DNA from: an uncultured Alphaproteobacteria bacterium
Lineage (GTDB): Bacteria > Pseudomonadota > Alphaproteobacteria > Rs-D84
Assembly (NCBI GenBank): GCA_905234185.1
Contig: CAJOGC010000003.1
Coordinates: 31,453-95,452 of the forward strand
Direction: 5' to 3'
Length of the DNA: 64,000 bases
Position 1 is the stretch's first letter, and each line of letters starts with the position of its first letter. The position numbers were made by a program, and so were the translations under genes. Under the pieces are notes generated by a model, which was given only the letters and a program-made list of their open reading frames with translations, did not search any database and was not told where the DNA came from. Shown here in pieces: positions 17,852-25,450 of this stretch.

Positions 17852-18451
17852 TTATTCGGCTTTGGATTCTTCGGCTTTTTCTTCCGCAGCTTTTTCTTCG
17901 GCTGGCTTTTCCGCCGGTTTTTCTTCTTCGGCGGTTGTTTCTTCTTCAACTTTCTTGGTGCCAAAAGTCAAAACTTTACCCGCAACCAAAGCATCAATTT
18001 CATCCTGGGTTTGGGCCACAAAGACCTTTACCGGGACAACGACATCTGGGTGCAATGCGATTTTAGTATCGAACGCACCAATAGATTTGATTGGTGAACC
18101 CAACAAAACCTGAGCCGATGTGATTGTGACATTTGCAACATCTTTCAACATGCGTGCAATATCGCGCGAAGAAACCGAACCATACAATTGACCGGTATCG
18201 CCCGCTTGACGAATCATGTGCAGTTTCGCGTTTTTCACCGCATCAACATGCGATTCAGCTTCTTTCTTGGCCGCCGCTTCACGCGCAACTAATTCAGCCC
18301 TTTTAGCCTCGAACAACGCAACATTTTCGCGTGTCCAACGCATCGCTTTGCCATTTGGCAACAAGAAATTACGCGCAAACCCAGTCTTCACTTCGACTGC
18401 GTCGCCGATATTACCCAATTTTGTAATTTTTTCTGTTAAGATAACTTTCAT
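17852..18451 (-). CDS. rplI: 50S ribosomal protein L9 with an acidic K/E/A-rich C-terminal tail
   Basis: MKVILTEKITKLGNIGDAVEVKTGFARNFLLPNGKA...; the tail is ...EEETTAEEEKPAEKPAEEKAAEEKAEESKAE. Confidence 0.93.
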   Translation of the reverse strand: MKVILTEKITKLGNIGDAVEVKTGFARNFLLPNGKAMRWTRENVALFEAKRAELVAREAAAKKEAESHVDAVKNAKLHMIRQAGDTGQLYGSVSSRDIARMLKDVANVTITSAQVLLGSPIKSIGAFDTKIALHPDVVVPVKVFVAQTQDEIDALVAGKVLTFGTKKVEEETTAEEEKPAEKPAEEKAAEEKAEESKAE

Positions 18452-18614
18452 TTTGTCTGTCCTTTTTTGTTTTAAGTTAGGGATTTTGTCCCAAACATTC
18501 CTATTCCTTATTAAAATTGGTAAGAATGGTATAGATGCGCCGTTGTTGACGAGTGCAGTGTACAGACGCTACATAAACGAGTCAACAACAAGCAGATATG
18601 CCATTATGATCAAT

Positions 18615-18842
18615 TTACCCAAGGTTGTTTCTAACAAATGGCATCAACCCCAAATGACGCGCACGTTTAATCGCGGTCGCCAACGCGCGTTGATCCTTTT
18701 GTGAAACACCACTGATGCGGGATGGCACAATTTTACCACGTTCTGTGATATAGTGTGACAACATCTTGACATCTTTATAGTCAATAACCTTACCCTTCAA
18801 CGGGTTTGATTTTTTACGATAAATTGCTGCACGAACTGCCAT
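18615..18842 (-). CDS. rpsR: 30S ribosomal protein S18
   Basis: ...[49 protein letters not shown]. Confidence 0.95.
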   Translation of the reverse strand: MAVRAAIYRKKSNPLKGKVIDYKDVKMLSHYITERGKIVPSRISGVSQKDQRALATAIKRARHLGLMPFVRNNLG

Positions 18843-19180
18843 TATTCACCCTCTTCGCTATTCTTTTTCATCATGACGGACGGCGTTGTAGCCAATTCGT
18901 CGACACGAACGTTCAAGAAACGGATAATATCTTCATCAATCCGGCAACGACGTTCCAATTCTGTGACTTGGGCACCCGGCAATTCAATGTTAAACATAAC
19001 ATAGTGAGCCTTGCGATTTTTACGAATGATATACGCCAGGCTTTTCAATCCCCAAAACTCTGTGGATTTAACATCGCCACCCAATTCCTTTACAATTTCG
19101 GTATATTTTGCCGCTTTTTCTTTAACCTGCGACTCGGTCAGGTCCTGGCGGTAAACCAAGACGCTTTCATAATAAGCCAT
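18842..19180 (-). CDS. rpsF: 30S ribosomal protein S6
   Basis: [22 protein letters not shown]...[10 protein letters not shown]. Its stop overlaps the rpsR start. Confidence 0.95.
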   Translation of the reverse strand: MAYYESVLVYRQDLTESQVKEKAAKYTEIVKELGGDVKSTEFWGLKSLAYIIRKNRKAHYVMFNIELPGAQVTELERRCRIDEDIIRFLNVRVDELATTPSVMMKKNSEEGE

Positions 19181-19328
19181 TTTATTTCCTTTGGTTTATA
19201 TCAGCCGACGACCCCATGCCGCCAGCAGGAACTTTGTCCATTATGCCGATTTTTTTAACAAAATCAAGTTTTTTCGTGTTGACTTGCTTTTTATTTTTTT
19301 ACTATGATTTGACCATAAGAGGGATTGA

Positions 19329-20096
19329 ATGATAAGTCCATTTACCAGAAGTCTTAATCGTATGGCACTTTTCGTGGCGTGTGTGGTCGCGGGAATTGTG
19401 CTGTTTTTCGATCCATTTATGCAAATTGCATCGGCAAATGTTATTCTGAATGGTATCATTATTGGCACGGCCATTTTTGGCATTGGGCTGTGTTTTGTAC
19501 AAATATTTCGCTTATTACCGGAACATCGGTGGCTGTACAGGTACATCGGCGGTGACCGCCGTATTCCCCTGCCCCCACGCATATTACGACCGGCGGCATT
19601 GATGTTAAGTGCGCGCCCGTCACGTATTTCGGCAACGGCATTGGACAGCATGCTGGACATGATTTTATTACGATTCGAAGATAACCGTGAATCGATTCGT
19701 TATATTACAAATATATTAATATTTCTGGGGTTGCTTGGGACATTTTGGGGACTGTTGATGACCGTTGGTGGTTTTGCCGAATTAATCAGCGGTCTGGACA
19801 TGGCGGACGAAACGGTTTTGGAATCGATGCAGTTGGGGCTGGCGCGACCGCTGGCGGGCATGGCGACGGCGTTTACCAGTTCTATATTGGGACTGGGGGG
19901 CAGTTTGATCGTAGGTTTTCTGGGGCAACAGATTCAGATTGTCCAAAACACTATGTTTAATGAAATAGAAGAATATTTCGCCGCACATACACACACAGCG
20001 ACCCCAGATGTGACTTTGGGTCAAATCGGAACGGCGGCGCGCGCATTAAATAAAACGGTCCAACACTTTGACCGAACGATTGCGCGATTAAGTTAA
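19329..20096 (+). CDS. MotA/TolQ/ExbB-family proton-channel protein (255 aa)
   Basis: N-terminal TM pair and C-terminal TM pair LIFLGLLGTFWGLLMTVGG ... PLAGMATAFTSSILGLGGSLIVGFL, typical of the MotA_ExbB domain. Confidence 0.7.
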   Translation: MISPFTRSLNRMALFVACVVAGIVLFFDPFMQIASANVILNGIIIGTAIFGIGLCFVQIFRLLPEHRWLYRYIGGDRRIPLPPRILRPAALMLSARPSRISATALDSMLDMILLRFEDNRESIRYITNILIFLGLLGTFWGLLMTVGGFAELISGLDMADETVLESMQLGLARPLAGMATAFTSSILGLGGSLIVGFLGQQIQIVQNTMFNEIEEYFAAHTHTATPDVTLGQIGTAARALNKTVQHFDRTIARLS

Positions 20097-20123
20097 TGGT
20101 TTATCACGAGGGAGAAAAATAAA

Positions 20124-21194
20124 ATGCTAAATATTCGTTATCGTGAAAATACAAGCACATGGCCCGGATTCGTCGATTTGTTTTCGAATCTGGTTATCAT
20201 ATTAATATTTTTGCTGATTATGTTTGTGTTTTTATGGACCACAACCAGTGTATTCAATAAACAAAGTGGCGCGCGCACCGTCGCCGAATTGCGGGCCGAA
20301 GCGGCTGAAAACGCGCAAACCATCGAACAGATGCGTGCGGACGAACAAGAAGCGCGTCGCCTGCTAATCGCGGCACGTAATGAACTTATCACACTGGACA
20401 ACGACCGCGCCGAATTAATTAATGAATTAAACGAAACAGATCTAAGCCTGACTGATCTGGCAACGGCGTACGAAGAAAAAATTGCCGACCTGACCCAACA
20501 ATTGAATCAAGCAAATCTGGACAAGGCCCAGATTGCCACATTGGAACAAGAACGCGCAAAGTTAACGGACGAAATGTCCGCACAACGCGCGGAACTGTCC
20601 GAACAAATGGCTAAACTTCAAGCGGCACTGGACGCGGCCGAAGAAAAATCCCGCAACCAGGAAATTGAATACCTGGAAATGTCGGATCGACTGAACAAGG
20701 CATTGGCGGACAAAGTTGCCGAATTAAACCAAATGTCGCAGTATCAATCGGCATTCTATCGCGCGATAAAGGAAGCGGTCGGCGACCGCACCACCGTTCG
20801 CGCCGACGGCGACCGTTTTATTATCTCAAGCGATATTTTATTCGCCAGCGGTTCTTATACCCTGTCCCCGGATGGCAAGAAACAATTGCAACTGATTGCA
20901 AATGTTATCAAAGATTTCGAGAACAAGATTCCGTCCGATATAGATTGGATTATCCGTGTTGATGGCCACACCGACAAGAAGATGGTTATCCCGGGCACAC
21001 GCGCATACCGCAACAATATGCAACTGTCGTTCTTGCGCGCGACTGCGGTCACAAACGAACTTGTTGCCGATGGCGTGTCCAAACGTAGATTATTGCCCAG
21101 TGGTTTTGGCGACATGTATCCGGTGGAATTGGGTAATACCCCCGCAGACCTGCAAAAAAACCGCCGCATAGAATTACAACTGACAAACAGATAA
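20124..21194 (+). CDS. MotB/OmpA-family protein with a long coiled coil (356 aa)
   Basis: TM with a conserved Asp (TWPGFVDLFSNLVIILIFLL). About 190 aa of heptad-rich coiled coil. C-terminal OmpA_C-like domain (IRVDGHTDKK...NNMQLSFLRATAVTNEL...NRRIELQL). Confidence 0.75.
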   Translation: MLNIRYRENTSTWPGFVDLFSNLVIILIFLLIMFVFLWTTTSVFNKQSGARTVAELRAEAAENAQTIEQMRADEQEARRLLIAARNELITLDNDRAELINELNETDLSLTDLATAYEEKIADLTQQLNQANLDKAQIATLEQERAKLTDEMSAQRAELSEQMAKLQAALDAAEEKSRNQEIEYLEMSDRLNKALADKVAELNQMSQYQSAFYRAIKEAVGDRTTVRADGDRFIISSDILFASGSYTLSPDGKKQLQLIANVIKDFENKIPSDIDWIIRVDGHTDKKMVIPGTRAYRNNMQLSFLRATAVTNELVADGVSKRRLLPSGFGDMYPVELGNTPADLQKNRRIELQLTNR

Positions 21195-21200
21195 AAAAAT

Positions 21201-21271
21201 CCCCTTTGCTCTGCGAAGGGGTGTCGGGGGAAACCCGACGGGGTAGTAAAAAAATCGCCCGAACGGGCGAT
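21201..21271. terminator. three consecutive GC-rich hairpins between convergent genes
   Basis: cccctt-N9-aagggg (21201-21221), gtcggg-N5-cccgac (21223-21239), and atcgccc-gaac-gggcgat followed by a T-run (21254-21275). Confidence 0.55.
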
Positions 21272-21276
21272 TTTTA

Positions 21277-21651
21277 TTATTTCCCACGAGATTTGTCGGA
21301 AACCTGTGATAAAAACGCAACGGCTGAATTTTCACTTTGTTTTTTATACAATTCCGCAACAGATTCATAAATGCCTTGCGAATGGATGGTTTCGTATTTT
21401 TTACCATCAATTTCTATATGATCTTTGTGAAGGCTGTGAAGCATTGCATGCCCCCCTTGGATAGTTCCAAAGTCTTCGCGAAAAGAGCCGTTTTCCCTTT
21501 TTATAGTAAACAATTTTTTCATTTTTTTGCCATCTGGGGCATAAACAATAAATTTATTGCCCAGCAAGCCCCGTTTAATCACAACATTTCCACTATCAAT
21601 AGTTTTTTTCAGCACCTTAACAATCGCATTATTTAACTGTTCTTTCATCAT
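21277..21651 (-). CDS. hypothetical small cytoplasmic protein (124 aa)
   Basis: AAGGAG RBS, 16 nt after the upstream stop. No signal peptide. No family recognised. Confidence 0.55.
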   Translation of the reverse strand: MMKEQLNNAIVKVLKKTIDSGNVVIKRGLLGNKFIVYAPDGKKMKKLFTIKRENGSFREDFGTIQGGHAMLHSLHKDHIEIDGKKYETIHSQGIYESVAELYKKQSENSAVAFLSQVSDKSRGK

Positions 21652-21667
21652 TTGCTCCTTTTTGGGG

Positions 21668-22795
21668 TTAATACATTATTTCGTATCCTTCAGCGGCACT
21701 ATCGCATCTGCTTTCGTCAAATGTCGCGACACAATCTTTGTATGATGGAGTATATTCATAGTTTATTATTTTATATTCATAACTATCACCCGACCATCCC
21801 TCAAAATCACCGCTTATAACGCAACCTGATCTATGTGCTGGCTTGTTGGGGTTCACTGATAAAGTATCGTACGCCCATATCTCTGTATATTTGCGTATTT
21901 TACATGCATTCGCCTGTGCATATTTTCTAACCTCTCGTTTGCAATCTACGTTCACACTCGAATAACCACCAATCTCTTGATAATGACAATATCCATTTTG
22001 TTCAACGCGTTTAGTATATGGCATACCCCTTTTTTGTAATTCTGCTTCACGTTTTTCTTTCTCTTTACGCGATTGTTCGCTTTTATAATCAGCAATCGGT
22101 TGTGTTTGCGCCTCTTTTAATTTATACAATTTACCATCTGTACTATAGCCGGAAACATCCAGTTCGCCATTTGCAGAAACCACATAATAATACTCTCTGT
22201 TCTTTTTAGAATCGTCACAAAAGTCATCAATTTTGTATTCTATGGTCTTTTCGTTATCTGTGATAATAACCGTATCATTACCAAAACGATGACACATTCC
22301 CCCACACAACATTGGCAGCGACAGTCCCGATTTTTCGGCTTGTTGTGCCAGACGCCGGCATGCCTTGGCTGGCATATCTTGCAATTTTCTCATAGACGAA
22401 TCTTGCGTATCAGGTTTAAGAACATTTACATCAACATGGCTGTTGTTTTCTTTAACCAATGCATCGGCGAAACCCGTGCATAATTCGGGGCATTTTTTAC
22501 CGCTTTGCCCGCGACCATTTTTAAGAAAGTCAGACATATTACATTTGTCCAAACACACCCGCGTTGCATCGCGTAATGAAAACGATTGTTTTTTTACCAA
22601 TTCATCCAAAATACGCTGATGCGTGACACGCACATCCCACGCGGCATTGCTCGACCCGATAAAACCAGAATTATCCAATGCAGCTGCGATAACTTCACTG
22701 TTCCAATTAATAACTGTATCAAAATCAATTGTTTTCGCGATTGCGGCGGTTGTCGCCAACAAAACCGCACCGGCAAATAATATATGTTTTTTCAT
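21668..22795 (-). CDS. hypothetical secreted Cys-rich protein (375 aa)
   Basis: Signal peptide MKKHILFAGAVLLATTAAIA. Many Cys residues. The ATG is 1 nt after the upstream stop. Confidence 0.7.
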   Translation of the reverse strand: MKKHILFAGAVLLATTAAIAKTIDFDTVINWNSEVIAAALDNSGFIGSSNAAWDVRVTHQRILDELVKKQSFSLRDATRVCLDKCNMSDFLKNGRGQSGKKCPELCTGFADALVKENNSHVDVNVLKPDTQDSSMRKLQDMPAKACRRLAQQAEKSGLSLPMLCGGMCHRFGNDTVIITDNEKTIEYKIDDFCDDSKKNREYYYVVSANGELDVSGYSTDGKLYKLKEAQTQPIADYKSEQSRKEKEKREAELQKRGMPYTKRVEQNGYCHYQEIGGYSSVNVDCKREVRKYAQANACKIRKYTEIWAYDTLSVNPNKPAHRSGCVISGDFEGWSGDSYEYKIINYEYTPSYKDCVATFDESRCDSAAEGYEIMY

Positions 22796-22796
22796 T

Positions 22797-23738
22797 TTAT
22801 TTCAGCGCTCCCTCGCATTCATCGGCAACAGTTGCCGCACGTTTAATTGCACCAATTTGGGTTGCGTTAAATACCGTTGCAACACCCGATGCGACCGTCG
22901 TTCCCCCCGCCAGCACATTTGCCGCGGTGTTAAGGTTTTTCTCTTTATTCGCGTCCCCGTCACGCACGGTTTGCGAATTAGCGGATGCAGATGTAATTGT
23001 CCCCGCAATTCCCAATCCCGCACCGACACCCGCAGCCACCGTTGCACCGGTCGATTTATTATTTATTGACGACACATCGACAGTTGCCCAATTGTCGCAC
23101 GCACGCACAATATTTTCCGCACGCAACAATTCCGCATCGGTTGCCGAACCATCAATACGCGCCTGCATCCGAACGACAGACAATGTTTTAACCGATTGCA
23201 AACATTCATCAATTTGCGATTTCAGATCACCACGCACCCGATTTGTTCCCGCAATTACTGCCCCAGCAAGATTTGTTGCGGTTGCCCCCGCCAATGTTCC
23301 CGTACGCCAGTTACCCAGTGTTTTCGATTTCTGTTCCGCAGCGGACAATTCGCTTTCTTTCTGTTGTAATTCGGCGGTATACGAATTTACAAATTCATTT
23401 AATTGCCGGTTGAAATCAGCAGGATTTTCAATGGTTATTTCTTCAATGGGAACATCTGCCCGTGACCGTTCCAGTTCTGCGATTTGACGTTCCAGGTCGG
23501 CAATTTCTTGGTCGGTCGCCGCCTTGGCAACACCAGTCCCCAGTGCTACACCACCAACAACCGTTCCGACGCCAGTCACTGCAGTATTTATGCCCGCCAT
23601 CGTCTTCATATGATTCAAACTCGACCCAATTCCACCGCATGCCGTGCGCGCATTTTCAATTGCGTTCGTCAGTTCAGATGCCGACGACACAAATGGCACA
23701 ACCATCATAATTGCAAATATTGACATTATTTTTTTCAT
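22797..23738 (-). CDS. hypothetical secreted or membrane protein with glycine-zipper segments (313 aa)
   Basis: GGAGG RBS. Signal peptide MKKIMSIFAIMMVVPFVSSA. G/A/T-rich hydrophobic tracts GINTAVTGVGTVVGGVALGTGVA and GATVAAGVGAGLGIAGTI flank a coiled-coil segment. Confidence 0.7.
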   Translation of the reverse strand: MKKIMSIFAIMMVVPFVSSASELTNAIENARTACGGIGSSLNHMKTMAGINTAVTGVGTVVGGVALGTGVAKAATDQEIADLERQIAELERSRADVPIEEITIENPADFNRQLNEFVNSYTAELQQKESELSAAEQKSKTLGNWRTGTLAGATATNLAGAVIAGTNRVRGDLKSQIDECLQSVKTLSVVRMQARIDGSATDAELLRAENIVRACDNWATVDVSSINNKSTGATVAAGVGAGLGIAGTITSASANSQTVRDGDANKEKNLNTAANVLAGGTTVASGVATVFNATQIGAIKRAATVADECEGALK

Positions 23739-23754
23739 TCTTTCCTCCACCAAC

Positions 23755-23967
23755 AAAAAACCGTCAGGGTAATTGACGGTCGGGGTGTTAGCAAATCATA
23801 TCAAACAATGACTCCCTTGGCCTTTTGCTTGCGCATTATAGCCCCAGGCACCCCGACATAATATCGGGGAAGAATACGATGCAAATAGCGCTTATTTGGA
23901 TTACGACACATTTGCATCGGTTTGATATGGGCTTGCTAAAGCCCCGAACCCAATTCCCACTGGATTC
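23755..23967 (-). promoter_or_regulatory. ~210-nt structured leader (candidate riboswitch/attenuator) or stand-alone sRNA
   Basis: A ~40-nt imperfect inverted repeat (23767-23806 vs 23920-23958) encloses perfect hairpins gatgcaaat/atttgcatc and ccccga/tcgggg. The distal arm overlaps the terminator ccgtcaattaccctgacgg+U6 (23755-23779), which ends 5 nt before the GGAGG RBS. Confidence 0.45.
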
Positions 23968-23973
23968 GCATTA

Positions 23974-24001
23974 ATTATATCATAAATTTGGCTCATAACA
24001 A
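23974..24001 (-). promoter_or_regulatory. sigma70-type promoter of the leader
   Basis: Minus strand TTGTTA, 16 nt, TATAAT. Confidence 0.45.
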
Positions 24002-24003
24002 AG

Positions 24004-24030
24004 AAAAATCGCCCGAACGGGCGATTTTTT
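24004..24030 (-). terminator. intrinsic terminator of the YgiW-like gene
   Basis: The minus strand reads aaaaaatcgccc-gttc-gggcgattttt. Confidence 0.65.
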
Positions 24031-24409
24031 AATTCAACTTTTCAATATAATCTATATCTATTTCGGTATTGAACATGCCATGGTCAACTTCACCATAAAT
24101 ACGCACAGTATCAGTTGGACCGATTACCAATCCATGCCATGCATCGTCATCTATTTCCACAATAATTGAACCAGTTGAATCTTGGAACAAATATTTTTCG
24201 TCGCCGTTCTTTTGAATAATAGACCCTTCGACCCATACCTTGGAATCGTCACCCATGCCCTTTACTTGATCCACGGTCAGAATAACATTTTCGCCACCGT
24301 TAAATCCACCCGGACCACCACTTTGTATCATCATGGTTTCGGTCATCGCCGCGTGTGCACCGCCAAATATGGCCGCACACCCAATTGCAAACAAAGATAC
24401 TTTTTTCAT
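24029..24409 (-). CDS. periplasmic OB-fold protein (YgiW/YdeI, BOF family)
   Basis: Signal peptide MKKVSLFAIGCAAIFGGAHA. ...TVDQVKGMGDDSKVWVEGSIIQKNGDEKYLFQDSTGSIIVEIDDDAW...VRIYGEVD. Confidence 0.8.
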   Translation of the reverse strand: MKKVSLFAIGCAAIFGGAHAAMTETMMIQSGGPGGFNGGENVILTVDQVKGMGDDSKVWVEGSIIQKNGDEKYLFQDSTGSIIVEIDDDAWHGLVIGPTDTVRIYGEVDHGMFNTEIDIDYIEKLN

Positions 24410-24497
24410 TTTTTCCCCCATTGGTTAATTTATACATCCGCCAATGGTATTTTATCAAACACACACAAAAAAATATCTAGGAACGAAATAACAAAAA

Positions 24498-24517
24498 GAA
24501 CCGCCGTTCGGCGGTTC
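24498..24517 (-). terminator. intrinsic terminator of the mscS-like gene
   Basis: The minus strand reads gaaccgcc-gaac-ggcggttc followed by TTTTT. Confidence 0.65.
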
Positions 24518-24518
24518 C

Positions 24519-24548
24519 CTAATCACTAACCACTAACACTAACCACTA
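24519..24548 (-). repeat. second phased CTAAYMA array: CTAATCA CTAACCA CTAACA CTAACCA CTA(stop)
   Basis: Same motif and same position as the array at 16186-16213, between the coding end and the terminator hairpin. The last unit supplies the TAG stop codon. Confidence 0.7.
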
Positions 24549-25433
24549 TTTTACAATGTGCACATCCATTTGCGGGAATGGGAAATGGATCTTCTTTTTC
24601 GGCAATGTCATATACAGTTGTTCGTTAATATCCGCGGCAACCGCGTACATATCGGCATAGTGCGTCCAAAAACGCACAGTCAACACAACTGCACTGTCCG
24701 CCAGACTTGATACAAAAACTGTCGGTGCCGGCGATGCTATGATTCTTTTATCTTTTTTCAGCACTGATAATATCGCCGCACGCGCCGCCGCAACATCATC
24801 ACCGTACGAAATGCTTATTGATAAATCAGTTCGGCGATTTGTACCATTTGACATATTTGTAATAATTCCGTTCGCCAATGCGCCATTAGGCAAAAATACG
24901 ACCTGGTTATCAAAAGTATGCAATTCGGTTGTGAATATCATAATTTTTTTAACAACCCCGACTTTGCCACTGGCGGTTTCAATAATATCGTCAACCCGAA
25001 ATGGTTTAAGCAATAATATGATTATTCCACCGGCGAAGTTCTGTAATGTTCCCTGGAGTGCCAAGCCAACCGCCAACGATGCTGCCCCCAACACCGCGAC
25101 AATAGATGTCATTTGCACACCAACCGTGGTCAGAACAATTATGAACACGAACGACTTTAACAAAATATTAACAAACGAACCAAGAAACGATTGCAAAGAC
25201 GGATCAAATTCCCGCAATTTCATCATTTTCTTAAACGACCGCATTATTTTATTTGACAGCCATATACCAAATATCAAAATTAAAACCGCAACCAAAAGTT
25301 TGGTGCCAAAACGCACCATCGATTGAATAAGCGATTCCAGTGCGGCATCAATGCTTGATGTTTCGATGTTTAATATTTCGGCCGGATTTTGTAAAATCTC
25401 TTGCGTGGTTTCAAGTATTTCGGACGGTTCCAT
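24546..25433 (-). CDS. small-conductance mechanosensitive channel (MscS family)
   Basis: TM1-3 and pore helix VAVLGAASLAVGLALQGTLQNFAGGIIILLLKPFRVDD. It starts 17 nt after the upstream Cys-module gene. Confidence 0.9.
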   Translation of the reverse strand: MEPSEILETTQEILQNPAEILNIETSSIDAALESLIQSMVRFGTKLLVAVLILIFGIWLSNKIMRSFKKMMKLREFDPSLQSFLGSFVNILLKSFVFIIVLTTVGVQMTSIVAVLGAASLAVGLALQGTLQNFAGGIIILLLKPFRVDDIIETASGKVGVVKKIMIFTTELHTFDNQVVFLPNGALANGIITNMSNGTNRRTDLSISISYGDDVAAARAAILSVLKKDKRIIASPAPTVFVSSLADSAVVLTVRFWTHYADMYAVAADINEQLYMTLPKKKIHFPFPQMDVHIVK

Positions 25434-25450
25434 TTTTCACACCATTATAT

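Noticed and set aside
17767-17964. Lys-rich 66-aa N-terminal extension of recO in the track
   Set aside because: It is antisense to the K/E/A tail of rplI and crosses the rplI terminator. RecO homology starts at MKLESDG.
19329-21194. Zorya-like anti-phage system (MotAB-like pair)
   Set aside because: There are no ZorC/D/E-like genes downstream. The A subunit is small (255 aa) and lacks the long ZorA tail; the coiled coil is on the B subunit instead.
22729-23487. 252-aa plus-strand ORF (and 22623..23069)
   Set aside because: It is antisense to the 313-aa secreted-protein gene, with Ala/Pro/Ser-rich shadow-frame composition.
23755-23967. Assignment of the leader to the c-di-AMP (ydaO) riboswitch class
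   Set aside because: Only short shared words (GAAUCC, UAAUCC, CACCCCGAC, GCUAAC) appear, in a different order from what I recall of the consensus. I cannot claim it without a covariance-model search.
24739-25326. 195-aa plus-strand ORF
   Set aside because: It is antisense to the MscS gene.
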